Shown: piece after piece, positions 55,960-64,000 of the stretch
How the letters are laid out: each line of letters starts with the position of its first letter
Position numbering within the stretch: the stretch's first letter is position 1
Source: Eledone cirrhosa
Taxonomy: Eukaryota
Length of the DNA: 64,000 bases
Assembly (NCBI GenBank): GCA_964016885.1
Contig: OZ024741.1
Span: 281,666,001 to 281,730,000, forward strand
Direction: 5' to 3'
Made by a program: the position numbers and the translations under genes
Notes under the pieces: generated by a model
Databases searched by the model: none
Told to the model about the DNA's origin: nothing
What the model saw: only the letters and a program-made list of their open reading frames with translations

Positions 55960-56244
55960 CCACAACATCCAGTCCAAACTAATGAGATTGTGTAGGTGTC
56001 ACGACAAAAAAACAGAGTTCACGCTGTAATGTGGTCGTGTAGGTAACATGGTAAAAAGCTCCCAGTCCACACTGTAAATGTGGTTGGTGTTAAGAAGGGC
56101 ATCCAGCCATAGAAAACCTGCCAGATTGTCCTATACAAGCGAGATTCGGTCACCCGACCAATCTTGCCTCAAGTGGGACAACTCCCATCTAACCCATGCT
56201 AGTATGGAAGATAGACGTTAAACGATTATGATGATGATGATGAT
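55960..56244 (+). mobile_element. RTE 3' UTR fragment nested in a TTAA-family MITE (about 55888-56425)
   Basis: CCCAGTCCACACTGTAAA..GGTTGGTGTTAAGAAGGGCATCCAGC...AACCCATGCTAGTATGGAAGATAGACGTTAAACG(ATG)n. Confidence 0.8.
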
Positions 56245-56439
56245 TTCAAACTAATCAAGAATTTTGAGGGATTTAGTAATATAATTAAATATTTAATTCT
56301 TAAGCTGGTGTTTGGAATATAACAAAATTTTCTTAAATAAAATTATGACAAGATTTAAATTAAAGTGTGAATACTTTAAAACAAATAGCTTTACATCATA
56401 GAATGAAAGACAGTTTCAAACAGTTTCACATTATAGATG

Positions 56440-56760
56440 ACAAATTGGAAGAGTCATTATGACGTTGGATGAAATGCTTCTGAATTTGTATCAGGTCACT
56501 GCACACTGATTTCAAAACCTGCCGAAGTCAACTGTCTTTTATCTTAACAGGGTTGATAAAAAAAAATACTAGTCGAGGGGCAGTGGATCAACAGAATTGT
56601 TAAAGAGTTGGAAAAAATGCTTTGCAGTATTTAATTTGGTTCTGTGTTCTGAGTTCAAATCCCACACCCTTCTGCCAGTTGTGACCAGCAGATAGTATCA
56701 GTAATAGAAAGACCAATGGAGACATTGTTTCCTTGGTCCATTCTAATGATCAGCACCTTT
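56440..56760 (+). mobile_element. Two adjacent diverged SINEs
   Basis: B-box-like GAGTTCAAATCCC at about 56650, SINE core at 56510-56575, and similarity to 12200-12275 inverted. Confidence 0.6.
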
Positions 56761-57378
56761 CCTTTTTAAAATAGTCATATATTTATTGTTTTATTATATA
56801 TGTCTATAATTTGTGTATACATGCAAAGATGCTTTCTTTGATTGTCTATCATTTTATCCACAATAAAAAACAAAACAAAAAAAACAATGGAAACATTGTT
56901 TCAATGGTCCAATCTTATGATCAACTCCTTTCTTTTCCATTTTGGTATCAGAAGGCATAGGCTTAAGAACTATATAATAAAACTGCATTTACTTGAAATT
57001 ACCTTCTTGATTGTATTTTCTTTTCACACACACTAAACTCACCCAGTTATCACCAGCCTTCATCTACAAACACTTAAAACTGTTTACGAGCACTACACCT
57101 CATTGACACTCTATCGAGGATAATTGGCTGTCATACAGTTAAACATCAATAACTACAGGCTGTGCTGAAATATCTATTGCTATAATGTGTATATAACCCT
57201 TTCATTTCTATATTTTTAATGAAAGAAGCTGCTTATGATTTTTAAAATAATCAAGAATCTGGAGGGATTTAGTAATGTAACTATCTTTCTTGTTATTAAG
57301 CTGGTATTTTGGAACATAACTTAAAGGTTCTTACATAAAATAAGATGGAAGGTCTTTAGATAAATATAAACACTTTAA

Positions 57379-57764
57379 CCCTTTAGCATTTAAACCGGCC
57401 ATATATGGCCAGAATTCTCTCATATTTTCCCGTTCAAACCGGCCAGCCATACTGACATTAAGATATTGTTCTCAAAATAAATGTTTCTACTTTTGGCACA
57501 AGGCCAGCAATTATCCCAGTGCATTACTTTATTTTATCGACCCCGTAAGAATGAAAGGCAAAGTTAACTTCGGTGTGATTTGAACTCAGATTGTAAAGGC
57601 CCGGAACTCCATGCTGCAAAGCCTCTACCGATACTGCCAATCCACCACCAATCCACTGTTCTCAAAATAAATAATAACACCATCAAAAACTCATAGATTC
57701 CATATTATGTGAGATAAAAGCCTTTACTATGAAAATATAATAGAGTAATGTAAATGCTAAAGGG
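57379..57764. mobile_element. piggyBac-like MITE with TTAA target duplication, containing a SINE
   Basis: TTAA(57375-78)|CCCTTTAGCATTTA ... TAAATGCTAAAGGG|TTAA(57765-68); perfect 14-bp terminal inverted repeat. Confidence 0.9.
57483..57656 (-). mobile_element. tRNA-derived SINE with 16-bp target-site duplication
   Basis: TGTTCTCAAAATAAAT at 57467-57482 and 57657-57672. The body matches 8848-9130. Confidence 0.9.
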
Positions 57765-57859
57765 TTAAAATAAACAGTTTTATATAATAGAATCAAGAGC
57801 AGCTTCATGTGGTTTGGTAACAAAAAGTGAAATATATATAATGGGGGGGGGGGGTTTAC

Positions 57860-60362
57860 AGTACCAGGACAGATTAGTTGAGTTCACAGTAGCTATAATT
57901 ATGGCTCAAGAATGAAGAGAGATTGAGGCTCCTGGAATTCTGTGACACAAATTTCAGGAAACCAGCCAGCCACCTGTTCTCATATCAGTATCTGGTAAAC
58001 ACACAAATCAAATTGATTACTTACTTGCATGGCAATAAGGTATGTACTGTAATAAATACTAAGTTCTTCCCTAGGGAAAAATACATCACCCAACACAAGT
58101 TAGTTATTAGTGACATCAAAATAAACACAAGTCAGAATAAAATACACAGGAAAATATGGAGGAGTTTGGAAGCTAAAGGACCTTTCAGTTAAATATAGCT
58201 TTAAAAAGGCCCTATGGGTTGCATTTGATGAGAGGGGTGATGAGCTAGTTACATATAACATAGAGGACAACTGGTAATTCTTGCATGACAACCTTTTGTG
58301 AACTACTGACAAGACATGTGGCTGGAGTAAAGAACCAGCCAGACAGGGTGACCTGATGGTGGAACAGCACAGTGGATAGTGCCATTAAAGCTAAGAGCAG
58401 ATATGGAAGGACTGGAAAAATGGGGGTAGCAGAGACCAGTACCAAGTAGCTAAGAGAGAACTTAGACAACAGGTATACACAGCTCAGAGAGAGGATGAAG
58501 AAAGAAAGTTTGACAATGTCTTCAGACATGAGGATCAGAAAAATGAAGTGTTCCACATTGCAAGGCAGTGTGGCAGTGTAAATTGAGATGTTGGGGGAAA
58601 ATATGTTAGAAATGACACTGGTGCACTTAGCACCACTGATGCCCAAAAGAAAGAGGCCTGGAAACGTTACTATGAGAGGTTGAGGAATGTAGAGAATGAA
58701 TGGGAGGAAGAGAAACTACCCCAACTTACTCAACAGAAGGACTAGCTATTGAAGTTAACAATTATAGGATTAAAGAAATAATCAAAGAGATGAAGAATGG
58801 TAAAGCTGCAGGATCATCAGAGATAGAGGCTGAGATGTTTAAAAGCATCATGAGAAATAGGAATCAATCAGGTTATACGTAATGACTGGTGCAGCAGTAC
58901 AATCATAAGTTGCTACAAGGACAAAAGTGATACTCTAGAAAGGATCAACTACAGAGGAATAAAACCAATGGAACAAGTTATGAAAGTGACCAAAAGAGTT
59001 ATAGTTCAGCTAATTAGGGAAAGAGTCAAATTAGATGAGATGCAGTTTGGTTTTCTGCCCAAGAAAAGTACTACAGATGCCCTCTTTTTAGTGAGGCAAC
59101 TACAATAGAGGTTCTTAGCCAAGAACAAGCCTATATATTTAGCTTGTGTTGATTTAGAAAAGGCTTTTGACAGAGTACCTCGATTTATTATCTGGTGGTC
59201 CTTAAGGAAATTAGGTGCAGAAGAATGGCTTGTGAGAGCAGTGCAGGTTATGTAAAGCGAGAGTAGAAAGTGATTTTAGTAAGGAATTCAAGGTACAGGT
59301 AGGAATTTGTCAATGCTCAGTTCTTAGCCCACTACTATTCATCATAGTTATTCAGGCCATAACAGAAGAGTTTAAGACTGGCTATCCATGGGAACTTCTC
59401 TATGCAGATGATTTGGTCCTTATAGCTGAATCCATAAAAGAACTAGAAAATAAGTTCTGACTATGTAAACAGAATTTGTAATCAAAAGGTCTTAGAGTTA
59501 ACTTAGCCAAAACTAAAGTGCTAGTGAGTTGGAAAGAAGATAGGACCCCGATTCCTTCAAGGGAGTAGCCCGGCTCAATATGTAGAAAAGGAGTAGGCAT
59601 AAACTCCATACGATGTACACAATGTAAATCTTGGAGACACAAGAAATGTATTGGGATAATGAGTAGACTAACATGAAAGGAAGACTTTGTATGCAGAAGA
59701 TGCACAGGGGTAATCCAGGGGAAGAGTGTCAGTGATATAAACTTTTTCTAGTCACAAGAAGTGTCAATAAAAGTGGTTGATAGCTTCTGCTATCTAGGTG
59801 GCTTAATTAGAAGTGGAGGAGGGTACTCTGAAAGCATAATAGCTAGAATATAATAGAATAGAAAACGTTTAGGGAGCTACTCCCACTGTTGACTACGAAA
59901 GGACAACTGTGTGCCATCTGTGTACAAAGTGCAATATTGCATGGTAGTGAAACATCGGCTGTAACTACAAAGGACATGCATAGACTGGAGAGAAATGAAG
60001 CAACCATGCTTCGTTGGATGTGCAATGTAAGTGTGAGAGAAAGGCAGAGTTGAATGAGTTGAGGGAGAAACTGGGTTTAAGAAGAATCTGAGGTGGTGTG
60101 CAAGAGAGAAGACTGCATTGGTACAGGCATGTGATGCGCATGGATGAATTGCCAGCAAATCCATGTAGAAGGAAGCAACAATAAAGGTAGACCAAGAAAG
60201 AGCTAGGCAGAGGTGGTGAGAGCTGACTTCAAATCACTGAGACTCACAGAGGTGATGAAGGAATGCAACAAGTGAAGAGATGCTGTGTGGAGAAGGACTT
60301 GATTAACCCATGCAAGTGTAGAAATATTGACATAAAAATGATGAGGAGGAGGATGATGATCA
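57860..60362 (+). mobile_element. Long decayed RTE LINE (end of AP endonuclease, reverse transcriptase, Cys/His finger, C-terminus, tail)
   Basis: RLLEFC/TNFRKPASHL/QIDY/QHKLVI; MQFGFLPKKSTTDALFLVRQLQ; DLEKAFD at 59151-59171; YADD at 59401-59412; VDSFCYLG; ILHGSET. Many stops and frameshifts; (GAT/GAG)n tail. Confidence 0.93.
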
Positions 60363-60625
60363 AGCATAAGACAATAAATCTTATCAAACAGCAAGAGAGC
60401 AGAAAAAGAAATATTCTTCTACTCTCGTACTGGTTCCAATATTGAGGCATCTTATTACAGCATGGTTTCTACAACTGGATGCTCTCCTTAATGCCAACCA
60501 CTTTGTAAGAATACCAAACCTAGAATACCATACCAGCAGTCGGACCCATATCTGGTGAACTAATAGTAACTAAATGTTACACACCAATACATACACACTA
60601 TCATATCTATATGTATATATACATA

Positions 60626-60718
60626 TAGTGTGTCCCCTAAAAATGTATACACCATTCTAATAAATATTGCCTATACAGGTAATCAAAGTGTGTGTACATT
60701 TTGTGGGGGGACACCCTG
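60626..60718. mobile_element. Small Tc1/mariner-like MITE
   Basis: TA|TAGTGTGTCCCCTAAAAATGTATACAC ... GTGTACATTTTGTGGGGGGACACCCTG imperfect inverted termini of the CAGGGTGTCCC type. Confidence 0.65.
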
Positions 60719-60897
60719 TGTGTGTATATATATATATATATATATTTATTTATTTATTTAGGTTTGTTGGTTAACCACTGGATAGAACTGGTCATTCCGT
60801 ATGGTCAACCTCGATGTAATATTATGGAGAGCACTCAACGTAATGCAACTCACCCATCTACGTTTGTGTAGTTGGTGGTGCGAGTATGGAGTTAATT

Positions 60898-61307
60898 ATT
60901 ATAAAATAACAGGAGGCTGGACTGGTGTAATTCCTTAAAAGGTTTATTATACTACGATCATTTCAATGACCGGGTTTAGTATGAATCCGGTGAGATCATC
61001 AGGTATTCGGAATATAACAAAGTAATATAATAAACAAAATCCATGGGGCTGAAAATCAGAGACATGAGGGCGACCGAACATTTAGCAGCTTCTTCCCCGG
61101 TCGGCCGCCCTCAAGAAGCTGCTAAATGTTCGGTCGCCCTCATGTCTGATTTTCAGCCCCATGGATTTTGTCAATTATATTCCTTTGTTATATTTCGTAT
61201 ACCTGATGATGTCACCGGATTCATACTGAACCCGGTCATTGAAATAATCATAGTATAGTAAACCTTTTAAGGAATTACACCAGTTCAGCCTCCTGTTATT
61301 TTATAAT
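60898..61307. mobile_element. 410-bp foldback element (arms of about 195 bp, 18-nt loop)
   Basis: 60898-61094 is the near-perfect reverse complement of 61113-61307. Followed by (TA)n. Confidence 0.92.
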
Positions 61308-61308
61308 T

Positions 61309-61353
<45 letters not shown>

Positions 61354-61441
61354 AGAGAGAGAGAGAAGTTTAACAAGTTCTCTATTAGTCATCTAAAATT
61401 TAGATACATCAAAAACAAACTGGACAGAAAATGAAATACAT

Positions 61442-61622
61442 TCATCATCATCATTTTACATCCGCTTTTCCCTACTTGCAAGGGTGGGACGGGTCTTATT
61501 CAGCACGGTCCTTCGTCATCTCCACCGTGAGCTTCAGCGATCTGAGGTCTGTTCTCACCACCTCCGCCCATGTTTTTCGTGGTCTACCTCTACCACGTCT
61601 TCCTTCAACTGGTATTTCCTGG
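61442..61622 (-). mobile_element. RTE LINE 3' fragment (third subfamily)
   Basis: Minus strand reads VEGRRGRGRPRKTWAEVVRTDLRSLKLTVEMTKDRAE, then CCCACCCTTGCAAGTAGGGAAAAGCGGATGTAAA(ATG)n. Confidence 0.85.
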
Positions 61623-62069
61623 CACATTATGCATTATAAATACTTTAGTACATTCCAGAAAGTAGCTAAGATGGCAAACTATTACAAATGAATCTAAAGA
61701 GGTTTCTTGCTATAATCTATAACATACCACTTAGTTTATGTATTTAAAAAAAAAAAATTTAAAATTCTAAATCCATTAAGTATGTCATTTAAGTACAGTA
61801 TTTGTAAAAGTTTATTGATAGAAATGATTTTCTGCTTTAGTTGATTTGATAAAGCATTCAGAGCTATTTGTGCTTTAGATAATCCAATACTTAATTATAT
61901 TTGTGATCTGGTATGATAAACAACAAGCAACTAAGTAAACTTTGATTCCATATTAAGATTAATCTTTAGGATGCTGAATTTTTTTGATGAATTACTTCCT
62001 TTGACACTGCATTATGAATTAAGGGGAAATTATTCTTGTTGCAATGGAGTCATAGGGTTGATGTTCTAA

Positions 62070-62265
62070 CACACTGCATGTCTTGGACATTTCAAAACTG
62101 ACAGAGCACCTCTCTCTCTCTCTCTTTCCAGTTGATTTCTTTCAAAAACAGAACGAATCGACCCCTGTAATTAACTGGTATTTTATTATTTATTGAGGAT
62201 GAAAGGTAAAGTTGACCTTGGCAGCATTTGAACTCAGAATACAATATGTCGGATGAAAATTCTCA
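62070..62265 (-). mobile_element. Diverged SINE
   Basis: ATCGACCCC..AACTGGTA..GGATGAAAGGTAAAGTTGACCTTGGCAGCATTTGAACTCAGA core. Confidence 0.7.
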
Positions 62266-62445
62266 TGATAATTTGTTCTAACATCAACTATGTTTCAGTG
62301 TGGACAGTGCTTTTTGTCATGTCACCAGCATGACCACATTACAGGGTGGATTGGGAGCTTTTTGTTATGCCACCAACATGACCATGTTACAAGATGGAGT
62401 GGCACTGGATCAACATACAGATTTTTCCTTCAGTATGTGGCTTAA

Positions 62446-62740
62446 CTCTTTTGTTACTATATTTCTAATGAAAAACACTGCCATAATTTTCAAATCAATT
62501 TGATAATAATCAAGCTGGTGTTTTGAACATAGAGGTTCTTACTTAAAAATATGGTGGAAAGATTTTTGTATCAGATTTGTATCATATAACCAAGGGCTGT
62601 TTCAGGGGGTTTGGAACATAACTTAATAAATGTCCTTATATAAAATTATGATTGATAGTATTTTAGATAAATAAACAATTTAAAACAAACAGTATTGTAT
62701 CATAGAAGCAGAAGTTTCAGGTGGGTCGGTATCAAAAGGG
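62446..62740. mobile_element. TTAA-flanked MITE
   Basis: TTAA(62442-45)|CTCTTTTGTTAC ... GTATCAAAAGGG|TTAA(62741-44). Confidence 0.75.
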
Positions 62741-63236
62741 TTAAATTAAGCAAAGATATGTGCCATTAAAAAAGCTAGCTAAAGTAACCATACATTTATC
62801 ATAAATTTAAACATTTTTTCATGTATAATAACTGAAAGTCGACTCCAAATAGATATCAAACTGAGCATTTTTAAATAAGCTAATGTTGAATTTTTTGTTT
62901 GTTTTTATTTCTTATTCTTTATTTTTTAACAACTTTTATTTGAAAATAATGAAGTCCTATATATATAAACAACTTTTTACCAACATAAACCTATACAACA
63001 ACTAAAAAACAAAACCACAAAAAAAAGATCTTTTTTTGTATTTATTTCTTTTTGATGATGTATACTATGTAGGAACTGAGTTGGAAGACTGACATGTTTA
63101 TTTCAGCTGAGTTTTCCTTTTTCATAATAAACAAGGGGTGGGGGGAAATTGTTTTGGGTTATATTTGTTTTAGTTTTTTTATATAGTTTTTTTGTTATTT
63201 TTAGTGTATCTTTTTAAAAATTATTTTTTGGGTTTG

Positions 63237-63390
63237 GATTAGCAGAATCGTTTGAAGGTTGAAGAGAATGTTTTAAAGTATTCAGGTATTCTGTCTGCAC
63301 TAAGTTCAAATCCTGCCATGGCTCTCAAGTTTGCTTTTCACAATTCTGAGGTCGATAAAATAAGTAGCAGTCAAGTACTGGGGTCAATGT
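63237..63390 (+). mobile_element. tRNA-derived SINE (a matching tail fragment lies at about 63522-63563)
   Basis: AAGTTCAAATCCTGCC B-box and GAGGTCGATAAAATAAGTAGCAGTCAAGTACTGGGGTCAAT core. Confidence 0.75.
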
Positions 63391-63774
63391 GTACAAGCTG
63401 GAGAAAAAATTTCCAAACTGACAACTGACATGTGCTTTGATTAATAATTATTAATCACCGTGTAACATTTTTCGTTCCCTGGTTCTAAGTATCATTTCCT
63501 GGTTTGTTATATCCCATTTGGGTAGTTGCTGGCCTTGTGCCTAAAGTAGAAACAATTATTATAAAAAAAACACTATTATTTAATCAGAAGTTTGGGTTTG
63601 TGGTCAGGAGTTTGATATTTCAAAATTTTCATATTTTTCAAGAAAAAACACATTTTTTTTAAATTTATCAGTTCATATAATTAAATCAACAGAGTATATA
63701 TTTATTTTATTACACAAGCTTATCAAAAGCAAACAAGTAAAAACAAATAACACTTATAAAGCAACTTATACACG

Positions 63775-63999
63775 TCAGAAACAACTGGATTTCCTGGATT
63801 TGCGGTTGTAGCCCAGGTCGCATTCCCGCACTAGCCCCCAGATGTAGTCCCCCATCATTTTTTCTTTGTAGTGGCCCTGGTACCTCCGCTCTATCTCTTT
63901 CACATCTTGGTGGAATCATTCGCCTTGTTCTTCTGAGTAGGCGCCCATATTGTCCTTGAATTTTTCCAAGTGAGCGTCCAGCATATGAAGTTTAAGCGA
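63775..63999 (-). pseudogene. C-terminus of a Chapaev(3)-like DNA transposase with an in-frame stop; runs off the window end
   Basis: Minus strand reads SLKLHMLDAHLEKFKDNMGAYSEEQGE*FHQDVKEIERRYQGHYKEKMMGDYIWGLVRECDLGYNRKSRKSSCF*. It matches the remembered SLKxHxLxxHL...SxEQGERFHQD...RYQG...DYxW motif. TGA at 63916-63918 replaces the expected Arg. Possible element terminus CACCGTGTAAC at 63456. Confidence 0.75.
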
Positions 64000-64000
64000 C

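Noticed and set aside
57923-60450. Several short ORFs on both strands
   Set aside because: Fragments or antisense frames of the decayed RTE LINE.
61043-61258. 71-aa ORF
   Set aside because: Lies within the foldback palindrome and has no protein-like features.
63710-63919. 69-aa ORF from the track
   Set aside because: Wrong frame. The recognisable transposase motif is in another minus frame that contains a stop.

Overview
AT-rich, repeat-dense eukaryotic DNA with no confidently identifiable host gene. The mix of tRNA-derived SINEs, RTE LINEs with (GAT)n tails, TTAA MITEs and (TA)n/(CA)n microsatellites resembles an octopus or other coleoid cephalopod genome (inference). The dominant feature is a 39.2-kb tandem array (16006-55195) of interspersed 33-bp and 39-bp units. 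It has no frameshift, so two frames are open end to end (13,092 aa on +; 13,069 aa on -, repeating (AD)VEVNNTS(A/T)LIS) and a third has only one stop that I could find. The array has nested higher-order duplications of 333 bp, about 4.6 kb and about 5.0-5.4 kb. The window starts inside a 74-bp satellite made from the tRNA-like (A-box/B-box) head of a SINE. The flanks hold decayed RTE LINEs, many SINEs, nested MITEs and foldback palindromes, a C-terminal Chapaev-like transposase pseudogene, and a candidate minus-strand recursive splice site near 13.05 kb. Boundaries of degenerate elements are approximate.
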